64,000 nucleotides of DNA from the NCBI GenBank assembly GCA_964016885.1, contig OZ024743.1:321656001-321720000 (forward strand). Reading direction: 5' to 3'. The notes beneath the pieces were generated by a model. The model saw only the letters and a program-made list of their open reading frames with translations. It searched no databases and had not been told where the DNA came from. A program made the translations under genes and the position numbers. This document shows positions 26,561 to 40,529 of this stretch, one piece after another. Origin of the DNA: Eledone cirrhosa. Its lineage: Eukaryota. The number at the start of each line of letters is the position of its first letter. The first letter of the stretch is position 1.

Positions 26561-29500
26561 AGCAACATTGTGTTGAAGTGGAGCCACACATCAACATTGT
26601 GTTGAAGTGGAGCCACACAGCAACATCGTGTTGAAGTGGAGCCATACAGCAACATTGTGTTGAAGTGGAGCCACATAGCAACATTGTGTTGAAGTGGAGC
26701 CACACAGCAACATTGTGTTGAAGTGGAGCCACAAAGCAACATTGTGTTGAAGTGGAGCCACACAGCAACATTGTGTTGAAGTGGAGCCACACAGCAACAT
26801 TGTGTTGAAGTGGAGCCACACAGCAACATTGTGTTGAAGTGGAGCCACACAGCAACATTGTGTTGAAGTGGAGCCACAAAGCAACATTGTGTTGAAGTTG
26901 AGCCACACAGCAATATTGTGTTGAAGGGGACCCACACAGCAACATTGTGTTGAAGTGGAGCCACACAGCAACATTGTGTTGAAGTGGAGCCACACAGCAA
27001 CAATGTGTTGAAGTGGACCCACACAGCAACATCGTGTTGAAGTGGAGACACACAGCAACATTGTGTTGAAGGGGAGCCACACAGCAACATTGTGTTGAAG
27101 TGGAGCCACACAGCAACATTGTGTTGAAGTGGAGCGTCACAGCAACATTGTGTTGAAGTGGAGGCCACACAGCAACATTGTGCTGAAGTGGAGCTACACA
27201 GCAACATTGTGCTGAAGTGGAGTCACACCGCAACATTGTGTTGAAGTGGAGTCACACAGCAATATTGTGTTGACGTGGAGCCACACATCAACATTGTGTT
27301 GAAGTGGAGCTACACAGCAACATTGTGCTGGAGTGGAGCTACACAGCAACATTGTGCTGAAGTGGAGTCACACAGCAACATTGTGTTGAAGTGGAGCTAC
27401 ACAGCAACATTGTGCTGAAGTGGAGCCACATAGCAACATTGTGTTGAAGTGGTGCCACACAGCAACATTGTGTTGAAGTGGAACCACACAGCAACATTGT
27501 GCTGAAGTGGAGCCACACAGCAACATTGAGTTGAAGTGGAGCCACACAGCAACATTGTGTTCAAGTGGAGCCACATAGCAACATTGTGTTGAAGTGGAGC
27601 CACACATCAACATTGTGTTGAAGTGGATCCACACAGCAACATTGTGTTGAAGTGGAGCCACATAGCAACATTGTGTTGAAGTGGAGACACGCAGCAACAT
27701 TGTGTTGAAGTGGAGTCACACAGCAACATTGTGTTGAAGTGGAGCCACTCAGCAATATTGTGTTGAAGTGGACCCACACAGCAACATTGTGTTGAAGTGG
27801 AGCCACACATCAACATTGTGTTGAAGTGGAGCCACACAGCAACGTTGTGTTGAAGTGGAGCCACACAGCAACATTGTGTTGAAGTGGAGCCACACAGCAA
27901 CATTGTGTTGAAGTGGAGCCACACAGCAACATTGTGTTGAAGTGGAGCCACACAGCAACATTGTGTTGAAGTGGAGCCACACAGCAATATTGTGTTGAAG
28001 TGGACCCACATAGCAACATTGTGTTGAAGTGGAGCCAGACATCAACATTGTGTTGAAGTGGAGCCACACAGCAACATTGTGTTGAAGTGGAGCCAAACAG
28101 CAACATTGTGTTGAAGTGGAGCCACACAGCAACATCGTGTTGAAGTGGAGCCACACAGCAACATTGTGGTGAAGGGGAGCCACACAGCAACATTGTTTGG
28201 AGTGGATCCACACAGCAACATTGTGTTGAAGTGGAGCGACACAGCAACATTGTGTTGAAGTGGACCCACACAGCAATATAGTGTTGAAGTGGAGCCACAC
28301 AGCAACATTGTGTTGAAGTGGAGCCACATAGCAACATTGTGTTGAAGTGGAGACACACAGCAACATTGTGTTGAAGTGGAGCCACATAGCAACATTGTGT
28401 TGAAGTGGTGCCATAGAGCAACATTGTGTTGAAGTGGAGACACACAGCAACATTGTGTTGAAGTGGAGTCACACAGCAACATTGTGTTGAAGTGGAGACA
28501 CACAGAAAAATTGTGTTGAAGTGGACCCACACAGCAACATTGTGTTGAAGTGGAGCCACACATCAACATTGTGTTGAAGTGGAGCCACACAGCAACATTG
28601 TGTTGAAGTGGAGCCACACAGCAATATTGTGTTGAAGTGGACCCACACAGCAACATTGTGTTGAAGTGGTCCCACACAGCAATATAGTGTTGAAGTGGAG
28701 CCACACAGCAACATTGTGTTGAAGTGGAGCCACATAGCAACATTGTGTTGAAGTGGAGACACACAGCAACATTGTGTTGAAGTGGAGCCACATAGCAACA
28801 TTGTGTTGAAGTGGTGCCATAGAGCAACATTGTGTTGAAGTGGAGCCACACAGCAACATTGTGTTGAAGTGGAGTCACACAGCAACATTGTGTTGAAGTG
28901 GAGACACACAGAAAAATTGTGTTGAAGTGGACCCACACAGCAACATTGTGTTGAAGTGGAGCCACACATCAACATTGTGTTGAAGTGGAGCCACACAGCA
29001 ACATTGTGTTGAAGTGGAGCCACACAGCAATATTGTGTTGAAGTGGACCCACACAGCAACATTGTGTTGAAGTGGTCCCACACAGCAACATTGTGTTGAA
29101 GTGGGGCCACACAGCAACATTGTGTTGAAGAGGAGCCACACAACAACATTGTGTTGAAGTGGGGCCACACATCAACATTGTGTTGAAGTGGAGCCACACA
29201 GCAACATTGTGTTGAAGTGGAGCCACACAGCAACATTGTGTTGAAGTGGAGCCACACAGCAACATTGTGTTGAAGTGGAGCCACAAAGCAACATTGTGTT
29301 GAAGTGGAGCCACACAGCAACATTGTGTTGAAGTGGAGCCACACAGCAACATTGTGTTGAAGTGGAGCCACACAGCAACATTGTGTTGAAGTGGAGCCAC
29401 AAAGCAACATTGTGTTGAAGTTGAGCCACACAGCAATATTGTGTTGAAGGGGACCCACACAGAAACATTGTGTTGAAGTGGAGCCACACAGCAACATTGT

Positions 29501-32500
29501 GTTGAAGTGGAGCCACACAGCAACATTGTGTTGAAGTGGACCCACACAGCAACATCGTGTTGAAGTGGAGACACACAGCAACATTGTGTTGAAGGGGAGC
29601 CACACAGCAACATTAGTGTTGAAGTGGAGCCACACAGCAACATTGTGTTGAAGTGGAGCGTCACAGCAACATTGTGTTGAAGTGGAGGCCACACAGCAAC
29701 ATTGTGCTGAAGTGGAGCTACACAGCAACATTGTGCTGAAGTGGAGTCACACCGCAACATTGTGTTGAAGTGGAGTCACACAGCAATATTGTGTTGACGT
29801 GGAGCACACAGCAACATTGTGTTGAAGTGGAGCTACACAGCAACATTGTGCTGGAGTGGAGCTACACAGCAACATTGTGCTGAAGTGGAGTCACACAGCA
29901 ACATTGTGTTGAAGTGGAGCTACACAGCAACATTGTGCTGAAGTGGAGCCACATAGCAACATTGTGTTGAAGTGGTGCCACACAGCAACATTGTGTTGAA
30001 GTGGAACCACACAGCAACATTGTGCTGAAGTGGAGCCACACAGCAACATTGTGTTGAAGTGGAGCCACACAGCAACATTGTGTTCAAGTGGAGCCACATA
30101 GCAACATTGTGTTGAAGTGGAGCCACACATCAACATTGTGTTGAAGTGGATCCACACAGCAACATTGTGTTGAAGTGGAGCCACATAGCAACATTGTGTT
30201 GAAGTGGAGACACGCAGCAACATTGTGTTGAAGTGGAGTCACACAGCAACATTGTGTTGAAGTGGAGCCACACAGCAATATTGTGTTGAAGTGGACCCAC
30301 ACAGCAACATTGTGTTGAAGTGGAGCCACACATCAACATTGTGTTGAAGTGGAGCCACACAGCAACGTTGTGTTGAAGTGGAGCCACACAGCAACATTGT
30401 GTTGAAGTGGAGCCACACAGCAACATTGTGTTGAAGTGGAGCCACACAGCAACATTGTGTTGAAGTGGAGCCACACAGCAACATTGTGTTGAAGTGGAGC
30501 CAAATAGCAACATTGTGTTGAAGTGGAGCCACACAGCAACATTGTGTTGAAGTGGAGCCAAACAGCAACATTGTGTTGAAGTGGAGCCACACAGCAACAT
30601 CGTGTTGAAGTGGAGCCACACAGCAACATTGTGGTGAAGGGGAGCCACACAGCAACATTGTTTGGAGTGGATCCACACAGTAACATTGTGTTGAAGTGGA
30701 GCGACACAGCAACATTGTGTTGAAGTGGACCCACACAGCAATATAGTGTTGAAGTGGAGCCACACAGCAACATTGTGTTGAAGTGGAGCCACATAGCAAC
30801 ATTGTGTTGAAGTGGAGACACACAGCAACATTGTGTTGAAGTGGAGCCACATAGCAACATTGTGTTGAAGTGGTGCCATAGAGCAACATTGTGTTGAAGT
30901 GGAGACACACAGCAACATTGTGTTGAAGTGGAGTCACACAGCAACATTGTGTTGAAGTGGAGACACACAGAAAAATTGTGTTGAAGTGGACCCACACAGC
31001 AACATTGTGTTGAAGTGGAGCCACACATCAACATTGTGTTGAAGTGGAGCCACACAGCAACATTGTGTTGAAGTGGAGCCACACAGCAATATTGTGTTGA
31101 AGTGGACCCACACAGCAACATTGTGTTGAAGTGGTCCCACACAGCAACATTGTGTTGAAGTGGGGCCACACAGCAACATTGTGTTGAAGAGGAGCCACAC
31201 AACAACATTGTGTTGAAGTGGTGCCACAAAGCAACATTGTGTTGAAGTGTAGCCACATAGCAACACTGTGTTGAAGTGGAGCCACACAGCAACATTGTGT
31301 TGAAGTGGAGCCACACAGCAACATTGTGTTGAAGTGGACCCACACATCAACATCGTGTTGAAGTGGAGACACACAGCAACATTGTGTTGAAGGGGAGCCA
31401 CACAGCAACATTGTTTGGAGTGGATCCACACAGCAACATTGTGTTGAAGTGGAACCACACAGCAACATTGTGTTGAAGTGGACCCACACAGCAATATAGT
31501 GTTGAAGTGGAGCCACACAACAACATTGTGTTGAAGTGGACCTACACAGCATCATTGTGTTGAAGTGGAGCCAGACAGCGCAACATTGTGTTGAAGTAGA
31601 GCCACATAGCAGCATTGTCCTGAAGTGGAACCACACAGCAACATTAGTGCTGAAGTGGAGCCACATAGCAACATTGTCCTGAAGTGGAGCTACACAGCAA
31701 CATTGTGCTGAAGTGGAGTCACACAGCAACATTGTATTGAAGTGGTGCCACACAGCAACATTGTGCTGAAGTGGAGCCACACAGCAACATTGTGTTCAGG
31801 TGGAGCCACATAGCAACATTGTGTTGAAGTGGAGACACACAGCGACATTGTGTTGAAGTGGAGCCACACAGCAAAATTGTATTGAAGAGGAGTCACACAG
31901 CGACATTGTGTTGAAGTGGAGCCACACACCAACATTGTGCTGAAGTGGCGCCACACAGCAACATTGTGTTGAAGTGGAGCCACACAGCAACATTGTGTTG
32001 AAGGGGACCCACACAGCAACATTGTGTTGAAGTGGAGCCACACAGCAACATTGTGTTGAAGTGGAGCCACACAGCAACATTGTGCTGAAGTGGAGCCACA
32101 CAGCAACATTGTGTTGAAGTGGAGCCACACAGCAATATTGTGTTCAAGTGGAGCCACATAGCAACATTGTGTTGAAGTGGAGACACACAGCAACATTGTG
32201 TTGAAGTGGAGCCACATAGCAACATTGTGTTGAAGTGGTGCCACATAGCAACATTGTGTTGAAGTGGAGACACACAGCAACATTGTGTTGAAGTGGAGTC
32301 ACACAGCAACATTGTGTTGAAGTGGAGACACACAGAAAAATTGTGTTGAAGTGGACCCACACAGCAACATTGTGTTGAAGGGGAGCCACACAGCAACATT
32401 GTGTTGAAGTGGGGCCACACAGCAACATTGTGTTGAAGTGGACCCACACAGCAACATTGTGCTGAAGTGGAGCCACATAGCAACATTGTCCTGAAGTCGA

Positions 32501-35500
32501 GCAACACAGCAACATTGTGTTGAAGTGGAACCACACAGCAACATTGTGTTGAAGTGGACCCACACAGCAATGTAGTGTTGAAGTGGAGCCACACAACAAC
32601 ATTGTGTTGAAGTGGACCTACACAGCATCATTGTGTTGAAGTGGAGCCAGACAGCGCAACATTGTGTTGAAGTAGAGCCACATAGCAGCATTGTCCTGAA
32701 GTGGAACCACACAGCAACATTAGTGCTGAAGTGGAACCACATAGCAACATTGTCCTGAAGTGGAGCCACATAGCAACTTGTCCTGAAGTGCAGCTACACA
32801 GCAACATTGTGCTGAAGTGGAGTCACACAGCAACATTGTATTGAAGTGGTGCCACACAGCAACATTGTGCTGAAGTGGAGCCACACAGCAACATTGTGTT
32901 CAGGTGGAGCCACATAGCAACATTGTGTTGAAGTGGAGACACACAGCAACATTGTGTTGAAGTGGAGCCACACAGCAAAATTGTATTGAAGAGGAGTCAC
33001 ACAGCGACATTGTGTTGAAGTGGAGCCACACACCAACATTGTGCTGAAGTGGCGCCACACAGCAACATTGTGTTGAAGTGGAGCCACACAGCAACATTGT
33101 GTTGAAGGGGACCCACACAGCAACATTGTGTTGAAGTGGAGCCACACAGCAACATTGTGTTGAAGTGGAGCCACACAGCAACATTGTGCTGAAGTGGATC
33201 CACACAGCAACATTGTGTTGAAGTGGAGCCACATAGCAATATTGTGTTCAATTGGAGCCACATAGCAACATTGTGTTGAAGTGGAGACACACAGCAACAT
33301 TGTGTTGAAGTGGAGCCACATAGCAACATTGTGTTGAAGTGGTGCCACATAGCAACATTGTGTTGAAGTGGAGACACACAGCAACATTGTGTTGAAGTGG
33401 ACCCACACAGCAACATTGTGTTGAAGTGGAGCCACACATCAACATTGTGTTGAAGTGGAGCCACACAGCAACATCGTGTTGAAGTGGAGCCATACAGCAA
33501 CATTGTGTTGAAGTGGAGCCACATAGCAACATTGTGTTGAAGTGGAGCCACACAGCAACATTGTGTTGAAGTGGAGCCACAAAGCAACATTGTGTTGAAG
33601 TGGAGCCACACAGCAACATTGTGTTGAAGTGGAGCCACACAGCAACATTGTGTTGAAGTGGAGCCACACAGCAACATTGTGTTGAAGTGGAGCCACACAG
33701 CAACATTGTGTTGAAGTGGAGCCACAAAGCAACATTGTGTTGAAGTTGAGCCACACAGCAATATTGTGTTGAAGGGGACCCACACAGCAACATTGTGTTG
33801 AAGTGGAGCCACACAGCAACATTGTGTTGAAGTGGAGCCACACAGCAACAATGTGTTGAAGTGGACCCACACAGCAACATCGTGTTGAAGTGGAGACACA
33901 CAGCAACATTGTGTTGAAGGGGAGCCACACAGCAACATTGTGTTGAAGTGGAGCCACACAGCAACATTGTGTTGAAGTGGAGCGTCACAGCAACATTGTG
34001 TTGAAGTGGAGGCCACACAGCAACATTGTGCTGAAGTGGAGCTACACAGCAACATTGTGCTGAAGTGGAGTCACACCGCAACATTGTGTTGAAGTGGAGT
34101 CACACAGCAATATTGTGTTGACGTGGAGCCACACATCAACATTGTGTTGAAGTGGAGCTACACAGCAACATTGTGCTGGAGTGGAGCTACACAGCAACAT
34201 TGTGCTGAAGTGGAGTCACACAGCAACATTGTGTTGAAGTGGAGCTACACAGCAACATTGTGCTGAAGTGGAGCCACATAGCAACATTGTGTTGAAGTGG
34301 TGCCACACAGCAACATTGTGTTGAAGTGGAACCACACAGCAACATTGTGCTGAAGTGGAGCCACACAGCAACATTGAGTTGAAGTGGAGCCACACAGCAA
34401 CATTGTGTTCAAGTGGAGCCACATAGCAACATTGTGTTGAAGTGGAGCCACACATCAACATTGTGTTGAAGTGGATCCACACAGCAACATTGTGTTGAAG
34501 TGGAGCCACATAGCAACATTGTGTTGAAGTGGAGACACGCAGCAACATTGTGTTGAAGTGGAGTCACACAGCAACATTGTGTTGAAGTGGAGCCACTCAG
34601 CAATATTGTGTTGAAGTGGACCCACACAGCAACATTGTGTTGAAGTGGAGCCACACATCAACATTGTGTTGAAGTGGAGCCACACAGCAACGTTGTGTTG
34701 AAGTGGAGCCACACAGCAACATTGTGTTGAAGTGGAGCCACACAGCAACATTGTGTTGAAGTGGAGCCACACAGCAACATTGTGTTGAAGTGGAGCCACA
34801 CAGCAACATTGTGTTGAAGTGGAGCCACACAGCAATATTGTGTTGAAGTGGACCCACATAGCAACATTGTGTTGAAGTGGAGCCAGACATCAACATTGTG
34901 TTGAAGTGGAGCCACACAGCAACATTGTGTTGAAGTGGAGCCAAACAGCAACATTGTGTTGAAGTGGAGCCACACAGCAACATCGTGTTGAAGTGGAGCC
35001 ACACAGCAACATTGTGGTGAAGGGGAGCCACACAGCAACATTGTTTGGAGTGGATCCACACAGCAACATTGTGTTGAAGTGGAGCGACACAGCAACATTG
35101 TGTTGAAGTGGACCCACACAGCAATATAGTGTTGAAGTGGAGCCACACAGCAACATTGTGTTGAAGTGGAGCCACATAGCAACATTGTGTTGAAGTGGAG
35201 ACACACAGCAACATTGTGTTGAAGTGGAGCCACATAGCAACATTGTGTTGAAGTGGTGCCATAGAGCAACATTGTGTTGAAGTGGAGACACACAGCAACA
35301 TTGTGTTGAAGTGGAGTCACACAGCAACATTGTGTTGAAGTGGAGACACACAGAAAAATTGTGTTGAAGTGGACCCACACAGCAACATTGTGTTGAAGTG
35401 GAGCCACACATCAACATTGTGTTGAAGTGGAGCCACACAGCAACATTGTGTTGAAGTGGAGCCACACAGCAATATTGTGTTGAAGTGGACCCACACAGCA

Positions 35501-38500
35501 ACATTGTGTTGAAGTGGTCCCACACAGCAATATAGTGTTGAAGTGGAGCCACACAGCAACATTGTGTTGAAGTGGAGCCACATAGCAACATTGTGTTGAA
35601 GTGGAGACACACAGCAACATTGTGTTGAAGTGGAGCCACATAGCAACATTGTGTTGAAGTGGTGCCATAGAGCAACATTGTGTTGAAGTGGAGCCACACA
35701 GCAACATTGTGTTGAAGTGGAGTCACACAGCAACATTGTGTTGAAGTGGAGACACACAGAAAAATTGTGTTGAAGTGGACCCACACAGCAACATTGTGTT
35801 GAAGTGGAGCCACACATCAACATTGTGTTGAAGTGGAGCCACACAGCAACATTGTGTTGAAGTGGAGCCACACAGCAATATTGTGTTGAAGTGGACCCAC
35901 ACAGCAACATTGTGTTGAAGTGGTCCCACACAGCAACATTGTGTTGAAGTGGGGCCACACAGCAACATTGTGTTGAAGAGGAGCCACACAACAACATTGT
36001 GTTGAAGTGGGGCCACACATCAACATTGTGTTGAAGTGGAGCCACACAGCAACATTGTGTTGAAGTGGAGCCACACAGCAACATTGTGTTGAAGTGGAGC
36101 CACACAGCAACATTGTGTTGAAGTGGAGCCACAAAGCAACATTGTGTTGAAGTGGAGCCACACAGCAACATTGTGTTGAAGTGGAGCCACACAGCAACAT
36201 TGTGTTGAAGTGGAGCCACACAGCAACATTGTGTTGAAGTGGAGCCACAAAGCAACATTGTGTTGAAGTTGAGCCACACAGCAATATTGTGTTGAAGGGG
36301 ACCCACACAGAAACATTGTGTTGAAGTGGAGCCACACAGCAACATTGTGTTGAAGTGGAGCCACACAGCAACATTGTGTTGAAGTGGACCCACACAGCAA
36401 CATCGTGTTGAAGTGGAGACACACAGCAACATTGTGTTGAAGGGGAGCCACACAGCAACATTAGTGTTGAAGTGGAGCCACACAGCAACATTGTGTTGAA
36501 GTGGAGCGTCACAGCAACATTGTGTTGAAGTGGAGGCCACACAGCAACATTGTGCTGAAGTGGAGCTACACAGCAACATTGTGCTGAAGTGGAGTCACAC
36601 CGCAACATTGTGTTGAAGTGGAGTCACACAGCAATATTGTGTTGACGTGGAGCACACAGCAACATTGTGTTGAAGTGGAGCTACACAGCAACATTGTGCT
36701 GGAGTGGAGCTACACAGCAACATTGTGCTGAAGTGGAGTCACACAGCAACATTGTGTTGAAGTGGAGCTACACAGCAACATTGTGCTGAAGTGGAGCCAC
36801 ATAGCAACATTGTGTTGAAGTGGTGCCACACAGCAACATTGTGTTGAAGTGGAACCACACAGCAACATTGTGCTGAAGTGGAGCCACACAGCAACATTGT
36901 GTTGAAGTGGAGCCACACAGCAACATTGTGTTCAAGTGGAGCCACATAGCAACATTGTGTTGAAGTGGAGCCACACATCAACATTGTGTTGAAGTGGATC
37001 CACACAGCAACATTGTGTTGAAGTGGAGCCACATAGCAACATTGTGTTGAAGTGGAGACACGCAGCAACATTGTGTTGAAGTGGAGTCACACAGCAACAT
37101 TGTGTTGAAGTGGAGCCACACAGCAATATTGTGTTGAAGTGGACCCACACAGCAACATTGTGTTGAAGTGGAGCCACACATCAACATTGTGTTGAAGTGG
37201 AGCCACACAGCAACGTTGTGTTGAAGTGGAGCCACACAGCAACATTGTGTTGAAGTGGAGCCACACAGCAACATTGTGTTGAAGTGGAGCCACACAGCAA
37301 CATTGTGTTGAAGTGGAGCCACACAGCAACATTGTGTTGAAGTGGAGCCAAATAGCAACATTGTGTTGAAGTGGAGCCACACAGCAACATTGTGTTGAAG
37401 TGGAGCCAAACAGCAACATTGTGTTGAAGTGGAGCCACACAGCAACATCGTGTTGAAGTGGAGCCACACAGCAACATTGTGGTGAAGGGGAGCCACACAG
37501 CAACATTGTTTGGAGTGGATCCACACAGTAACATTGTGTTGAAGTGGAGCGACACAGCAACATTGTGTTGAAGTGGACCCACACAGCAATATAGTGTTGA
37601 AGTGGAGCCACACAGCAACATTGTGTTGAAGTGGAGCCACATAGCAACATTGTGTTGAAGTGGAGACACACAGCAACATTGTGTTGAAGTGGAGCCACAT
37701 AGCAACATTGTGTTGAAGTGGTGCCATAGAGCAACATTGTGTTGAAGTGGAGACACACAGCAACATTGTGTTGAAGTGGAGTCACACAGCAACATTGTGT
37801 TGAAGTGGAGACACACAGAAAAATTGTGTTGAAGTGGACCCACACAGCAACATTGTGTTGAAGTGGAGCCACACATCAACATTGTGTTGAAGTGGAGCCA
37901 CACAGCAACATTGTGTTGAAGTGGAGCCACACAGCAATATTGTGTTGAAGTGGACCCACACAGCAACATTGTGTTGAAGTGGTCCCACACAGCAACATTG
38001 TGTTGAAGTGGGGCCACACAGCAACATTGTGTTGAAGAGGAGCCACACAACAACATTGTGTTGAAGTGGTGCCACAAAGCAACATTGTGTTGAAGTGTAG
38101 CCACATAGCAACACTGTGTTGAAGTGGAGCCACACAGCAACATTGTGTTGAAGTGGAGCCACACAGCAACATTGTGTTGAAGTGGACCCACACATCAACA
38201 TCGTGTTGAAGTGGAGACACACAGCAACATTGTGTTGAAGGGGAGCCACACAGCAACATTGTTTGGAGTGGATCCACACAGCAACATTGTGTTGAAGTGG
38301 AACCACACAGCAACATTGTGTTGAAGTGGACCCACACAGCAATATAGTGTTGAAGTGGAGCCACACAACAACATTGTGTTGAAGTGGACCTACACAGCAT
38401 CATTGTGTTGAAGTGGAGCCAGACAGCGCAACATTGTGTTGAAGTAGAGCCACATAGCAGCATTGTCCTGAAGTGGAACCACACAGCAACATTAGTGCTG

Positions 38501-40322
38501 AAGTGGAGCCACATAGCAACATTGTCCTGAAGTGGAGCTACACAGCAACATTGTGCTGAAGTGGAGTCACACAGCAACATTGTATTGAAGTGGTGCCACA
38601 CAGCAACATTGTGCTGAAGTGGAGCCACACAGCAACATTGTGTTCAGGTGGAGCCACATAGCAACATTGTGTTGAAGTGGAGACACACAGCGACATTGTG
38701 TTGAAGTGGAGCCACACAGCAAAATTGTATTGAAGAGGAGTCACACAGCGACATTGTGTTGAAGTGGAGCCACACACCAACATTGTGCTGAAGTGGCGCC
38801 ACACAGCAACATTGTGTTGAAGTGGAGCCACACAGCAACATTGTGTTGAAGGGGACCCACACAGCAACATTGTGTTGAAGTGGAGCCACACAGCAACATT
38901 GTGTTGAAGTGGAGCCACACAGCAACATTGTGCTGAAGTGGAGCCACACAGCAACATTGTGTTGAAGTGGAGCCACACAGCAATATTGTGTTCAAGTGGA
39001 GCCACATAGCAACATTGTGTTGAAGTGGAGACACACAGCAACATTGTGTTGAAGTGGAGCCACATAGCAACATTGTGTTGAAGTGGTGCCACATAGCAAC
39101 ATTGTGTTGAAGTGGAGACACACAGCAACATTGTGTTGAAGTGGAGTCACACAGCAACATTGTGTTGAAGTGGAGACACACAGAAAAATTGTGTTGAAGT
39201 GGACCCACACAGCAACATTGTGTTGAAGGGGAGCCACACAGCAACATTGTGTTGAAGTGGGGCCACACAGCAACATTGTGTTGAAGTGGACCCACACAGC
39301 AACATTGTGCTGAAGTGGAGCCACATAGCAACATTGTCCTGAAGTCGAGCAACACAGCAACATTGTGTTGAAGTGGAACCACACAGCAACATTGTGTTGA
39401 AGTGGACCCACACAGCAATGTAGTGTTGAAGTGGAGCCACACAACAACATTGTGTTGAAGTGGACCTACACAGCATCATTGTGTTGAAGTGGAGCCAGAC
39501 AGCGCAACATTGTGTTGAAGTAGAGCCACATAGCAGCATTGTCCTGAAGTGGAACCACACAGCAACATTAGTGCTGAAGTGGAACCACATAGCAACATTG
39601 TCCTGAAGTGGAGCCACATAGCAACTTGTCCTGAAGTGCAGCTACACAGCAACATTGTGCTGAAGTGGAGTCACACAGCAACATTGTATTGAAGTGGTGC
39701 CACACAGCAACATTGTGCTGAAGTGGAGCCACACAGCAACATTGTGTTCAGGTGGAGCCACATAGCAACATTGTGTTGAAGTGGAGACACACAGCAACAT
39801 TGTGTTGAAGTGGAGCCACACAGCAAAATTGTATTGAAGAGGAGTCACACAGCGACATTGTGTTGAAGTGGAGCCACACACCAACATTGTGCTGAAGTGG
39901 CGCCACACAGCAACATTGTGTTGAAGTGGAGCCACACAGCAACATTGTGTTGAAGGGGACCCACACAGCAACATTGTGTTGAAGTGGAGCCACACAGCAA
40001 CATTGTGTTGAAGTGGAGCCACACAGCAACATTGTGCTGAAGTGGATCCACACAGCAACATTGTGTTGAAGTGGAGCCACATAGCAATATTGTGTTCAAT
40101 TGGAGCCACATAGCAACATTGTGTTGAAGTGGAGACACACAGCAACATTGTGTTGAAGTGGAGCCACATAGCAACATTGTGTTGAAGTGGTGCCACATAG
40201 CAACATTGTGTTGAAGTGGAGACACACAGCAACATTGTGTTGAAGTGGACCCACACAGCAACATTGTGTTGAAGTGGAGCCACACATCAACATTGTGTTG
40301 AAGTGGAGCCACACAGCAACAT
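26561..40322. repeat. Apparently identical tandem duplication, unit 6848 bp (236 monomers + 4 nt)
   Basis: ORFs from 26591 to 32900 have identical partners 6848 bp downstream (27339/34187, 28469/35317, 30333/37181, 32794/39642). The rare deletion ggagcacac is at ~29801 and ~36649. Confidence 0.95.
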
Positions 40323-40529
40323 TGTGTTGAAGTGGAGCCACACAGCAATATTGTGTTGAAGTGGTCCCACACAGCAACATTGTGTTGAAGTGGTCCCACA
40401 CAGCAACATTGTGTTGAAGTGGGGCCACACAGCAACATTGTGTTGAAGAGGAGCCACACAACAACATTGTGTTGAAGTGGTGCCACAAAGCAACATTGTG
40501 TTGAAGTGTAGCCACATAGCAACACTGTG

